Below, piece by piece: positions 36,965 through 50,155 of a stretch of DNA of 64,000 bases (the first letter of the stretch is position 1; every line of letters starts with the position of its first letter). This DNA comes from Laetmonice hystrix (Eukaryota), in NCBI GenBank assembly GCA_965235115.1, contig OZ249436.1, forward strand, positions 39,744,001 through 39,808,000. Direction: 5' to 3'. The notes below the pieces were generated by a model. The model searched no databases. It saw only the letters and a program-made list of their open reading frames with translations, and was not told the DNA's origin. The position numbers and the translations under genes are program-made.

Positions 36965-39140
36965 TGGTGCATAAGGTGAATTGTCCTCAGTTCTACCCGT
37001 CCGGATGACAATAAAAACCCAGCTTCCCGTTCATCTAATAGTCCAATAGCAAGGGAAACAGCCTGTAAATTACCTCATGTTTTCTTCCATTGCTAATGTG
37101 GTGCCACCTTCTCTCCGCAGGCTATAGATGTACAGAGAGCAGTGACGGGTGTACCCCCCACGTCCAATCACCCACCCACGTGATCATAATGGCACTTTAC
37201 AAGAGATGTTCTTGTCCAACACCACATTCAATCCCAATCTATGAACCACTCTACCACCGCGCTATATCTGACACAGGTAGACTGTGTATAGACTCCTACC
37301 AAAGCTGCCATAACATTATCCCCGACTAATCACGTTGAGAGGTTACCCTATAATACAAGACAGGTCGACACCAAGCTGTTTGGCATGGTTCGTAGATGTA
37401 AAACAACTCGGCCTACTATTGCTACTGATTTCATGGTCACCGTAATATTTTTTAATAAACTGGGGTAAGAGACCGGAAAGACTTGCAGTATTACTGCAAT
37501 CTATTTTCAGATTCACGTTTAAGGAACAGGAAACATAGCGACAGTTCAGAAATTCATCTAATACAATTTTTGACTTCATGTGGCACTGTCCATTATAAAA
37601 GATCACTAAGCATGCAACAATTGGACCTAAGTCTCTGACAATCCGTTTTAATTCAATAATTTTAGTGCCAGACCATTGTGGGCACTGGAAGGGATAGGTA
37701 ATCCTAATAAATGAGTAATTCCACGCAGGGTGTGCGTTGTGTCTGTTACCCTAGCCTGTCCCCAGAGTGATCTGGAGTGTATTCGGTATGCGGCCAACGT
37801 TTGGGGTGTTGGCGGGAGAGTTTCGCCTTTCCCTGGCCCCGGCGTGGGAGCGGCTTTACCATGGACGGCCACGTCCGCGCCCCGGAGATGCTTGCTACTG
37901 TCAACGACTTTCCCCATGACAAAGTCTGGGCGGCAGGGGTGGGGGAGATTAGGTTCTCTGCCGCCATGTTGATGGCAACCCACGGACTTCCTACGTACAA
38001 GTGATAAATAACCTAGACGTGCAAGGAAGGACGAAACAGTGCGGAAAGTATAATAATTCAATTTTCTAAAACCGATTTCGTTTTTTGCAAATATTTTATT
38101 TTCTGAGTTTATAGATTTAAACTAGATTAGTGACGTAGCAATCTGCACGTTATGGGCCTATGTTATAGACCTGCGAGGAGCTACTTCCTCCAATGGTAGG
38201 CATTTCACTTTACGTGCGATGAGGGTGCGTTAAAATGTCTGTATCTGTATAAATACCAACGTCATGTGTCCTAGAAACTCCTCTAATCCTTACCGTTGTC
38301 GATTGCCCCAATTTGCTCGTGGTGCTAACACCAACATTTGCTGGTCGCCGACAAGCGTCAGGTGGCAGGAGCTATCGTCGCGCGTTGCCGCGTAACCCTT
38401 ATCGTAAATCACCGACTAGGGCCACACAGCCCCCCCCCCCCGCAAACAAAGGCCACTTCCCCCCTAAACATTATACTTTATTTGCAGCCTTGTAAATTCA
38501 AGCTGACAGGGCGGACTCACCGATGCCTCGCACCGTTGCGGTGGTCAGCTCAGTGACGTCATAACTAAGCAGACGACATTAACAAGCGAGACGAAGCGGA
38601 CGAGGATGTCATTTTGTGGGTAATTTATCACTGTGTTACCGAACAGGCTCCTACTAATGATGGCAAAGTACCCACAATCATACCAATCTTATATCTGACG
38701 ATTCCCACTAAGATGCCAGAAATTCGAAAGGTCTGACGTTTGGATGTCATTTTTGTGACCGAAGATAAAAATGTTCCATGGTGACATGACAGGGCCATGT
38801 CTGTTCGGACAGCAGGGATGAGGGCGAAGCGAGAGGTCATGATTTCCAGGGCACCAGTGCCTTTTGCAACGATGCGAAATTGGCGCTATCGCCATCATGT
38901 ATGACCAACCAGGTGGGAAGGTCAATTTTGCCCAAAAGCCTAACTAGAAATTGTTCAGTCCGAACAGGACGTCTCCCCTTTTTTAAAGTAATGACATCAT
39001 ATAATTTTTGAGAGAGGACTAATTAGTATGAAAGTAGTGTGTTGCAAAAGCAATGATATAGCTATGGCAGATTTTCTATGCGAAAGAAAAGATTAACTAG
39101 TTGCGAGGTGCCCAGGGCACAGGTATCCCATTCACCAGTC

Positions 39141-40090
39141 AATGGTGTTAAAATCGGAAATTAGGTCAACTTGGCCGCCATCTTGGATTTTTCAAATTCT
39201 GTTCAAATGGGTCAAGTTTTCCATCCTAACCCCAATGGTGAAAACCAGACGTTGATATCTTTAACCGTTTTAGAGATATCACTGATTTTGGGTTGAAAAT
39301 GACCTAAAAGGGCCAACTTTGAAGAGCCATAATTTGGAAACTATTGATTTTAGGGGAGCCATCTCGGTGTCAGAGACAGCTGACCCATTACCCAATCCAA
39401 TGGTTTTAAAATCGGAAATTAGGTCAACTTGGCCGCCATCTTGGATTTTTCAAATTCAGTTTAAATGGGTCAAGTTTTCCATCCTAACCCCAATGGTGAA
39501 AACCAGACGTTGATATCTTTAACCGTTTTAGAGATATCACTGATTTTTGGTTAAAAATGACCTAAAAGGGCCAACTTTGAAGAGCCATAACTTGGAAACT
39601 ATTGATTTTAGGGGAGCCATCTCGGTGTCAGAGACAGCTGACCTATTACCCAATCCAATGGTGTTAAAATCGGAAATTAGGTCAACTTGGCCGCCATCTT
39701 GGATTTTTCAAATTCAGGGAAAATGGCTCAAGGTTTTCATCCCAAACCCAATGGTCAAAACCAGACGTTGATATCTTTAACCGTTTTCGAGGTATCACTG
39801 ATGTTTGGTTGAAAATAACCTAAAAGGGCCAACTTTGAGGGGCCATAAGATGGAAACTATCGAATTTAGGGGAGCCATCTCGGTGTCAGAGATAGTGGAC
39901 CTATTACCCAATCCAATGGTGCTGAAATTGGAAATTAGGTCAACTTGGCCGCCATCTTGGATTTTTCAAATTCGCTGAGGATGGGTCAAGTTTTTTATGC
40001 TAAACCCAAAGGTGAAACCCAGACATTGATATCTTTAACCGTTTTCGAGATATCACTGATCTTTGGTTGAAAATTACCTAAAAAGGGTCA
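39141..40090. repeat. 258-bp tandem repeat, ~3.7 copies
   Basis: aatgg..aaaatcggaaattaggtcaacttggccgccatcttgg starts at 39141, 39399, 39657 and 39915. Confidence 0.95.
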
Positions 40091-40099
40091 TTAAGCCAG

Positions 40100-40820
40100 A
40101 TGGGGTCACGTGACAGCATTTAAATTGACGTAAATTGAAAACTCATATATGATTTTCCATATGAGTTTAATAGGAACCATGGACCCATCTGGCTCTGTTT
40201 CTAAGTTACAGCCATCTTAAAATACCAATGACGTCATAGGGCAACGTAGGGTCACGTGACCTAACTAAAAATGGTGTCATTTGAAAGGCCATATATGACC
40301 TTCTATGGGTATCACTAGTACGTATGGGCCTATCTGGCTCTTTTTCCAAGTTACTGCCAGCTGAAAACACTGATGACGTCATACAGCCATATATGGTCAC
40401 ATGACCTAATTAAAAATGGTGTCATTTGAAAGGCCATATATGACTTCCTATCTGTCTACAATAGTAACTATGGGCCTATCTGGCTCTGTTTCCAAGTTAT
40501 TGCTAATTGAAAATACCGATGATGTCATAGAGTCACGTAGGGTCACGTGACCTAATTAAAAATTGTGTCATTTTAAAGGCCATAATGACTTCCTATCTGT
40601 CTTCAATAGTAACTATGGGCCTATCTGGCTCTATTTCCAAGTTACTGCTAATTGAAAATACTGATGACGTCATAGAGTCACGTAGGGTCACGTGACCTAA
40701 TTAAAAATGGTGTAATTTTAAAGGCCATATATGACTCCTATCTGTCTTCAATAGTAACTATGGGCCTATCTGGCTCTATTGCCAAGTTACTGCTAGCTGA
40801 AAATACCGATGACGATAAGG
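40100..40820 (+). repeat. ~146-bp satellite, ~5 copies
   Basis: gtcacRtgac at 40105, 40251, 40396, 40542 and 40687. Confidence 0.95.
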
Positions 40821-40948
40821 TATGTATGTATGTGGGTAGGGGTGTGGGTGTGTGTGTGCGATGTGCTGGCTGTGGTAAAGGAGTTGGTGGTTGTTGGTGG
40901 AGCGTGGAAGTGTTATGTAACTCAGTTGTGGGATCTGCGGTGGTGGGG

Positions 40949-41173
40949 TATGGAAATACCGGCGACGACATGCGAGATGCGAGAAGCGACATGGAACCGA
41001 ACAGTGTCAATTTAGCACATAGAATGTTTCTTATTGACACCGCTGCTCAATTAGTGCCTATTTAACAATAATTTTGGGGCTAAAGTGAAAACTAACACTA
41101 ACCGTAGGCCTAACCTTTACCCTAACCCAAACACACTGTCTCGCATCTCGCATGTCGTCGCCGGTATTCCATA
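40949..41173. mobile_element. 225-bp MITE with TATGG..CCATA ends (IS3EU-like) nested in the HINE
   Basis: ~35-bp TIR tatggaaataccggcgacgacatgcgagatgcgaga / tctcgcatctcgcatgtcgtcgccggtattccata. GGTGGGG on both flanks; internal ccctaacc motifs. Confidence 0.85.
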
Positions 41174-42148
41174 GGTGGGGGACGGGCGGCCGGCCCGTGT
41201 AGGGGTTTGGTGGGGAGTTACCACGGCTGAGAAGGACGCCTGACTGGGGATTGGCGGGAGTTGCTAGGGACAACGGCTGAGAACAGGCGCACAGGCCAGT
41301 GACTGGGAGCGGGCCCGCTGGCGATTTTTTTTCCCACGCTAGTTCTGGATACTCATTAGCATACAGCCAATCAGAAACAAGTTGTTTACGCGCTGTGTAA
41401 GCCGCATAAGTCGGAAACTATTAACTGTAGAGAAAAACACTTAATGTAGCGGTTGTAGGGAAAGACCTGGAGATTCTTCTCCACCAAGTTTCATAAAGAT
41501 ACGGTCAGGGGTTTGGGATATATAAAAGGCTTCTCTAAGGTTGGCACGGTACTGAGGTCAAAGGTCATGAAGTGCTAAAAATAGCAAAATCCCGAGAAAA
41601 TATCCACAGTTGTCTTTTCCCCAAATTAGGACTTTCTAGCCCCGGTAGTTTTTGAGCTGACGTCAAGTAAGCGCCCAACCACTTCGAAAATGTTGAAGGT
41701 CACACAGAGGTCATCTGGGGTCACAGGAACGTGTCCTCCGGGAAATCTAAATTTGGCACATAGATGACCCTGCTGACCAAATTTGATGTTATTCCAGCCA
41801 GTATTTTCCGAGTTATGGCTTTGGCAAAAAAATGGCACGTGCCATTTTTTTTAGATCAGCCGCCATCTTGAAAGTTCTGGGTCAACCAAACTGGTTTTCG
41901 AACTTGTCCAAGCCCCGGATGAAAGAAGGCCGACATACCAATTTTGGATCGATTCAGGCTATTTTTCTCGCGTTATCGTGATCACAGCACAAGTTGGCAC
42001 ATTCGTGCCACAGAAGAGGTCAAAGGTCAAATGGCACTATAAGTAGAAACAAAGATTTTTCAGAAGGTTCTGTCGGGCCATTTCAAATTTGATAACTCCC
42101 TCTCTAACAGTGGCCGAGTTATTCCAAAAAGAAGAAAATAAAAGAAAC

Positions 42149-42180
<32 letters not shown>

Positions 42181-44284
42181 CGGTCAGAAACAGCGTGCAA
42201 AACAAAACGTCTCCCCCAGCTGGGGGGAGACGTAATAACCTATTTCTTGTATGGAAGAAAATTATTGCAGGGGTTCTATTTCTGTAGGGATGGGTTAATT
42301 ATTTGTTTTCCCCCTAATACCGGTCGTGATTTTGAACTGGTAGGATGGGCGAGTAGGCCTACAGTAATTAAGCCTACGCATACCATTGATTGGAATCGTC
42401 ATTTTTAGCTAGCATAACCGGCTATCCATTTCAGTTTCCCCAGGACCTTTTGGATGTAGCTGTTTTGAACACGTGTGTTGGCATCATTTGGTGCATATCT
42501 TTCCGGGACCGAAATAATATATCAAGTCATCTGAAGTTGGGCCCTACCGACCGCAGAGCCGGGAACTACAAGTCAATGTTCTTCGACTATGTCCTGGTAA
42601 AGTGTCTATATTCCTAAAGGGGCTATTCATCTATATAGTCAGTCTATTGTCGCTTTGGGCATATTTTTATTGCGATAATAGCTCTTTAGATGTTCCTAAA
42701 GGTTTCTCGGAATCGCTTTCCGTTTCCTGCGACAGTGGTGATACCTTTCCAAAGACCAATCCATATATTTTCACACGGTGCATTTGCAACGCCGCCGAGA
42801 ATAAACTCCAAGCAGTCAAGAAATCCGATACACAATTACCACGGCGTAGGCGCTTCTCATTTGTTTGTGTCGGTGGCTCTGTAAATTTACAGCCACTGTG
42901 CTGATCAAGTCGGCCTTTGATATCCTACCCGCCAGGCGACGTCATCGGACTGTCCCGTGACTCGATCTGAGCCACCATCCCAGGGGTGTGGGCCGAGAGA
43001 GCAGGAACCATCGCCGTGACCACGGCAAGCAGGTGTTCATTTTTCACCGTCCCGTGTCACTGCCAGTCAGCAGCGATTGAAGGCGGGAAAGATTGCAGTT
43101 CTTTGTGTGGTCCGTGTGACTCGTGCCCGCTACGTGTGTCCCCAGATTAAGAAAGAAGAAAAAGGAAAGAAAAAAGTTTTAGCTCCAAAAGGATCGGTTT
43201 CAAACGGCATTTCCAAATCATTATTTTTTTATTTGTTTCTTTGTATTTCGTTTCTGCCCTTTGTTTTGTTGGTGGTGGGCCCATATTTGATCCGGGTTTT
43301 ATCCTTATTGGTTACAATGGTTAAATCTCAGGGCTTCTATAATTTTGAGCAGCGTTGGGATGTGTGCTTATGTTATTTTGATTTTCTTTAAACGCCAAAC
43401 ACGAACGACCTCTATACACAAGATTGTATGCCTTTAAACCTCGCCCAAGTTGTTGGGAATATTTAGTGAAAGGGCATTTAGTATTTATTTTCCAAATTCT
43501 CAACCCAATTAATATAATTAATGCCAGCTGGTTCTGTCTTTCTGAGACTCTTCAGTCCAATTTCCCTTTTCTTCACCAATCCTGGAGAAGGGTGATATCG
43601 AAGTGGGGTCATTGGCCACGAGACGTTGGCCGATTTTCCGTGGTCAGGTAAGAATTGTGTCGTCGCCTTGGCTGACTGTTCACACCACGCCAGTCTCGGC
43701 AGCCCTTCTGATCTGAAAGTGTGCGACAGGAAGCCACCTGGGGAAGCCCGGAGGTGTGCGAAGCCGCACAATGGAGCGCGCGGGGTGGGAACCTGTCACG
43801 ACGCAGCCAGACAGGCCAAAGCCAGCTCCTACTAAAAGAGACGCGAAGTTCGTTAAATTTGAGGGCACATTTGCGATCCCATTAAAAAGTCGTCTGAATT
43901 CATCAAGTCAACCGAACTTTGTGGCAGGAATCTTTATATAAAAAATTTAAATTGTGCAAAGAGGAGACCTGGGAGAGGACAAGGCTTTTTCATATATCCA
44001 TTGTGACCTTTCTAGCCTGTATCATGCCATAGCATGCCGTGGCTGAGTAAGGCCGAATATATCGCATTGACATCATTCTATTATTTGGTTATACGGAATA
44101 CTGAAACGTCATTGGTCAGTTCTTTCTCAATATAAAGCTGTACTACGGGGTTGATCCAGGGTTGAAATCCCCAGCGCGGATATCTCCTGTATTACATGTT
44201 TGACGTCACCAGGGGAGGCCTGTATCACTTGGCAGCTTTATTTTGAGGTTGCAACCACTATAAAACGTGACAATAAGCTGCCAT

Positions 44285-44357
44285 TAAAATGCCACTGTAT
44301 TAACCTTTTTGTTTGTTATATTATAACAAACAGAAAGGTTAATACAGTGGCATTTTA
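44285..44357. repeat. 73-bp near-perfect palindrome
   Basis: 36-bp arms taaaatgccactgtattaaccttt(t/c)tgtttgttata, one mismatch, 1-nt centre. Confidence 0.92.
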
Positions 44358-44385
44358 TATTTTATACCATGTGAGGTTTCCTTTT

Positions 44386-44464
44386 TAATACGGAAATATA
44401 ACTACCTCCAGGGCCTTCGGCCATATGGGATACATGAACTAAAGGTAGGTTTATTTCCGTATTA
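44386..44464. repeat. Inverted repeat / hairpin (~22-bp arms)
   Basis: taatacggaaatataactacct ... aggtaggtttatttccgtatta. Confidence 0.8.
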
Positions 44465-46328
44465 CGTTATCAGACATAGGGTCACTAATAGTATTCTGAC
44501 ACGTCTAGAGTACCGTATAGTTATTGCATCTGATAAAAAGAGAGTGCTATAAATTCACAGGTTTTCCAAGGAAAGATAAAGGTCCTTAAAAGGACCAAGA
44601 GACGAAAGTAATAACCGACCGGTGTCTTCTTTTCTGATGTTCAAATGACGAAGCCGAAAGGAAAGGAAATACAAAATTATCACCCCTTGAAAACACTGAC
44701 AAAGCATTTGCACATGGCTTGTAATACTTAATAATAAAACGGCCATCTAGTCCATAAGATAGGGATCATCAATGTGACGGGCTTGAAAAACGGATATAAA
44801 CGCATTTTCTGCCCGTCATGCAGATTTTTTCCAAAAGAGAAACCGTAATCTTTGTTACGCCATGCCGTGCCTCGGTCAATTAATTGGTCTGCCACAAAAA
44901 AAACTCATAGTGTTCCTAATTGTTGGTCCATCTTTTGACTAGTTCTAATCTCAGCCCAATCATCTTCCTTTGGCGATGTGATTTCGGGTTATTGTCTTTT
45001 AAAATGACGCGTGCCACACAAATTTCATATTGGAATTTTCTCGGACAATGTCGAGATTATATAATAATACAAGGTCTCAAAACAATCTTTCGGGTCTGAG
45101 CATTACCAGAATCACGTAAATTTTCTGCTAAATGGATGTTTCTAATTTGACAAATCAGAACAGTTTTCTTGGGAATACTCCCTTAGGCCTATATGAAATT
45201 GCCTGTCACTATCAAGCAGTTCGGAACACTCTGATACAAGAGGTCAAGAAGAGACACACTAGTCCTTCTAGACCTATAAATAAACAAGAAAAGTAGATGA
45301 GCGATGTTCTTTGCTTTGCTGTATTTAGTGACACATGGGAGCGACACTAAACACAAAGATAAAGCGCTGCAGGCACCGTATCCTATAGGTGTATTGTCTG
45401 CCATTTGCTGGCTGTTAAATGTCTTATCGGACAGCCTTGCATGTCTGCACTCAGAACAAGATATGGATGATTAAGGAAGTCGGCCATGCACATATATACA
45501 GAGACAAGACACTTGGCACATGGCCTTGCCCACGTCAACAGCAGGATTCTGCAAATCCCTTATTTTGTAGAGTGCACTGCTTGCATGTAAAACCGCAGTT
45601 TACAACGCAGATTTGACATATAAAAGTGTAGACCTACGTCATACACGCGCTTGGTTAAATCCATAATATTCCATATATGTCTCCGCAAGGACTATGCCTT
45701 CCGTTTTGGCTTCATCTGTTGACAGTTATTTTCCTGATTTCACCGAAAAGAATCACGCCAGAGGAAATGTAATTTGTGGAGCGCCAGTTCCCAGCTGGGA
45801 GCAGCTCATCGGCCTGAGTACACGACGAGGTGTGCGTCTTTTAAAGGTGGTGTAGGAGGCAAGCCAATACTGCTGACATTACGATTGTCCATACAGCGCC
45901 CTCCTGCTCATATTTAGCCTTGATGCTCTGTCGTAGCACCCACACACCCACCCACACGCCAATATAAGGTCCCGGAGCCAACCGCCCCAAGGTATATAGG
46001 CCTACCTGTCAGGGCCATTTGTCGCGATTAGCTCTTTTCTCAGGTCAGCGTCCTGCTTGCTTGTTGTTTGTCTCCTAACCTGAGGTTTTGACCCTGTTGT
46101 TACTGCAGGGCAACAAAATGTTGCCAGATATCACCAATGTTGAGGTGGGTCGGTGGGGAACTTTCCCTTGCCATCAGTAGCGGAGCCATGGCAGAAAGAG
46201 CGATATATGGGGATAAAATTATGTTATTATTCTGTTCATGAAAGCATTTCAATTAATCCACTAATAAAGGGCAAAGCCTCTGTGCATAGTTCAGCCGGCC
46301 TGCTATATACTTAGTTCCTTTGCAGGGG

Positions 46329-46588
46329 TTGGATTGAATTGGATTGGATTATATAGATTGTCTTGAATTGAAGGGTTTTACGCCTCAGCAATAGCAAGGA
46401 TCATATCGACACGCCATTAGTCCGTTTTACTGGTTGAAAAAACCGGAGTACATGTGGAAAACCAATGACCTTGCAGCAGGTAACTGGCAAACCTACACAA
46501 CTGGCATGAAGGGGAATCGAATCCAGAGATCAGACGCCCTGTGTATAGACTAACCGGAAGCTGAGACCACTGATCCATCGCGGCCCCC
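46329..46588 (-). mobile_element. tRNA-derived SINE with conserved central domain
   Basis: Minus strand begins ggggccgcgatggatcagtgg (A box) and has ggattcgattcc (B box). Central ggttttcc..gtactccggttt motif (V-domain-like); (TCCAA)n-like tail. Confidence 0.75.
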
Positions 46589-47685
46589 AAATGTAGAATT
46601 TATAAGGCTGTGAAGGGGCTGCCATCTATACTGTCTCGCTTTTATTGGTATAAACTAGGAACAACTGCCCTCTGGAGCGGGGACCACTGCTGACTGATCA
46701 ACTCGAGGCGTTAAAATTGGAACAAGAGGCCTAGTTCTAGGTGTCCTGTGTACCAGTAAACAACTGAAACGAACCAATACATAACCTTAATTCTGTCTGA
46801 GCCTAAATGAAAGACTCAATGTGCACGGTTATTGCCTTTTGCCGTTGCTCCGATCAGAGTGATGCTATCTGCTTGCGATCAGAATGAGCAAATGGGTTTG
46901 TCGGCGGGGTTGTCTGGGGTCACTGTGTGCGGTTTCGAGTAGACTCCGATAAGTCTGTTTCCGAGATCACCGAGATCAGGTTTTTAGCTGGCGGCGACGA
47001 AGGCTGACTGAAATCCCTTCAATTGATCGGACATCACCCCCTCAACCTAACCGTTTCGCTGGATCAGAGTGGGCGTAGCCATTGGTCGGGTTATTGCTAC
47101 TTTTGCAATCATTAAGGGACGTTTAGGTGATCCTATAACGCACGTTTGACGACGACACCTGTCAAACTGCCCGCTAACAGCCACCATCAACACTAATGGT
47201 TGGCAAACGGCGCACGGAGCTTAAAACTGATACTGGGCTGTAATAGGTATTAGAATGGGTAAATAGAAATATGCACACAGAAAGTTTGAACAGAAAAACA
47301 GAAAACACTCAATATATATTTCGGTATACGTGTAATGGAAGATGCATTAAATTTAGTGTCACGTAGAGTTTTGTAAACAGTGACACTTGAACCGATATAG
47401 CCCATTGGTCCATATGACACAGAAAATCTGAGAGAGGCGAACAAACGCAATACATTATTGACCTTGCTACCTTTAACTAACAACATAAACCATAGTACTG
47501 ATAGATCTATTCCCGGATTATATTGGTATGGGGGTGGGGTAGGGATGGGGTGGGTTGGGAGACTAGTGCTGCACGGACATTTCATGTACCGTGAATTATC
47601 CACATGTTGTAAAGTGTGATACCATTGAATACAGGGTAGAATGAGGGTATAAAAGGACAATGTAAAAGCAGGCAAGGTAAATCTT

Positions 47686-47994
47686 AGGCCGGGTTCACAC
47701 TGAGGAGTTCCTCCGGGTAATACCCGGTGCAGTGGTCGTGACCTTGTATGTGAACGCGCTTAGCCCGGGGTAGCTTAGCTTAGCTTAGCGGCCCCGGAGC
47801 AAGGCCATACCCGGGGTAACCGCAGTCTGAACGCAAATCATGCCGGCGTAAGGCACCAGGGGGCATTGCGAGCAGATATATGCAAATTCTCTTACAACTG
47901 CCACGTGACAAACTATCGGGTAACTTAACTCCCTAGGAATGGTTACAGGAGCGGGAAGATATTTGTCCCGGGATAGCAGTGTGAACCTGGCTCT
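47686..47994. mobile_element. Harbinger/PIF-like MITE
   Basis: tt-AGGCCGGGTTCACACTG ... CAGTGTGAACCTGGCTCT-aa. Internal repeats of tgaacgc and cccgggg. Confidence 0.7.
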
Positions 47995-50155
47995 AAGTCA
48001 TCGTTATAATTAGCATTCTGCGGAGTTGGAATGACCCATAATTCGCTGTACGCGGGAGCAGGTTCGATGACCACCGTAGTTACAGAGGCGCCCACCCAAC
48101 CCCAAGGCTCTCCCACAGGCATTGATATTTTCTCCACCTTACGAAGGTCACACAACGTTTAACCTATAACAGCACTGTATTGTATTTGAACGAAGGGACA
48201 GAGCTCGCCACTCGACAAACTGCAGGTCGGCCCCGGCCACTCGAGCCTTGCTAGAGATCGAAACTTGCCATTGATCTGGCTACTCCAGAGACGTAACCAT
48301 ATCTAGGTGTTAGAGATGATGGATCAATGGATCCCAACGTCCGGAAAGTCTAACTCCAGAGCGTCATACAAAGGGACCACCTTAATTCTTATATACAAAT
48401 CGCGGCCAGAATAGGGTACAGATCGGCTTATCCCGAAAGGACAATCGGGCGAGGGATTATGGGAGGAAAAAGGTATATATCTGGGTCTATACGTCCGCAT
48501 TATGGGATGGCTTTCATAATAAAGCCGGTGGAACGGACGGGTATGCATTCCCGTCTGTTTCTATAAGGACTTTGTAAATATGATATACTCATTCACGGCT
48601 AGTGGGACTTTACATGCAATGATTTATCGTCATCCCTGTCATCATATGCAAGATACTGCGTGAACACTATCATGTATTCAGGAGGCTCGTCTGAGCCGTT
48701 CCTTGATGGCGTTATGTGTGTAGGAGACAGGACATATGGGGTATCTCTTGATGGATTAGACACAGATATGTTCTTCTTCACAGATGATGTGGCAAAGATG
48801 TCCACTTGAGCAGACCTCTCTCCCGTTTTCTTTGCGTGACATGAGTTAGAAAGATAGGAGATGGAAGATTTAACCGTTACTCACATGGCAAGAGTGTTGT
48901 CTACGATTCACAACTTGAGCTTTGTTTCTTGTGATGATAATAATAGACGTGTCCACGAGGTGACGGGATAAAGTTCTCTGATTGTGCCCATACAAAGCTT
49001 AGGTTACAGTTATATCGCAATTAGACCAAACCAACCGGGAAAAGGGCAGGAATAGTTCCATTGTATATAGGACCACATGTAAACAATACGATAGTAATAA
49101 TTAGACCTACTGTATTATTATTCATGAAATAGTTTTGTATTGGGTATGATTTATCAAATTAAAATCCATACTTAGACAGCCACACCTACATCACACCCAC
49201 ACCTGGGTACACAATAGTACATACACACACAATTACATCATAATTACATCCATATATCCAGACTTACATTGCTATGTCGTGAATGCCAACCGCACGCATG
49301 TTGCTGTACCAAATTCAATATCAGTGTTTCCCTTCAGCATTTACCGCACGCCTCGCTATCGCATAAAGTTTCGATTCATGTTTTTCGCTTTACTTGGAGA
49401 CCAAGGAAGGACATGGTAGGACAATGGTAAATACGGTACAGCGACTTTTATCACAGTTCTACGACAAGGCTGGGAGGGGTGGGGGCATCTCCACCGGACT
49501 GTAAAATGGACAAAACGGCTCTTACTGACTGGATTGAAAGCCATTTGTAGGCATGTTTACTCTCCAGCAGATCCGACTACGAAAACAAGGTATGTACAGA
49601 AGGTGCAGTGAACACAAGTATAGGATATAGTGAGGATCCAGAGTACAAGAGTACTGGTGGGGGTGGGGTTTGGGGTGTGGGGGGGGGGGTGTGGGTGTGG
49701 GTGTGGGGGGACGCTGTCTGCTGGTGCAAACAAAACATTTCATTATGACTGATGGCACTGTGGACCCAGGTCATAAGACGGCGCGAGCGATACACGTATA
49801 GAACCTACATCAAATCTCTGATATGGAACTGGATTCAAGATGTTGTTTTTTGAAGTAAATAATTAATTAACTCGGCAGATTGGGCTACCAAATAACTTGT
49901 GTGGACCTCTTAGCCTATTGTTGAGTGATCAACCTCTGTTTCTGCCGTTTCAGCATATCGCGATGTACATGTTCACATAATCCACCAATACGTCAGGGGT
50001 CCCAATTACGAGCAAATTACCGCATTAGTATAAATTGTCAAAAATAAAAGAAATCAACTTTGGGGGTAATAAGTATTGTAGTGTCACGCTGGAGGTAACG
50101 GCCAAAACCAACCCGCGACCTGAATAGGCCTAATCCTGTCAGTGTACGATTTTTG

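Larger units (their letters stand above)
38942..42238 (-). mobile_element. HINE / DINE-1-like non-autonomous Helentron (3.3 kb)
   Basis: Minus-strand 5' end TTATT-ACGTCTCCCC..GGGGAGACGT hairpin (42207-42233), then a (TTTC)n microsatellite. 3' subTIR GGGGAGACGT (38969-38978) followed by stem-loop tgttcggactgaaca and ttctagTT. Two internal tandem arrays. Confidence 0.85.

Noticed and set aside
36575..37011. Collagen-like or elastomeric GGPT-repeat ORFs
   Set aside because: The period is 4 residues rather than Gly-X-Y, and all frames are open because of a GC-rich 12-bp minisatellite.
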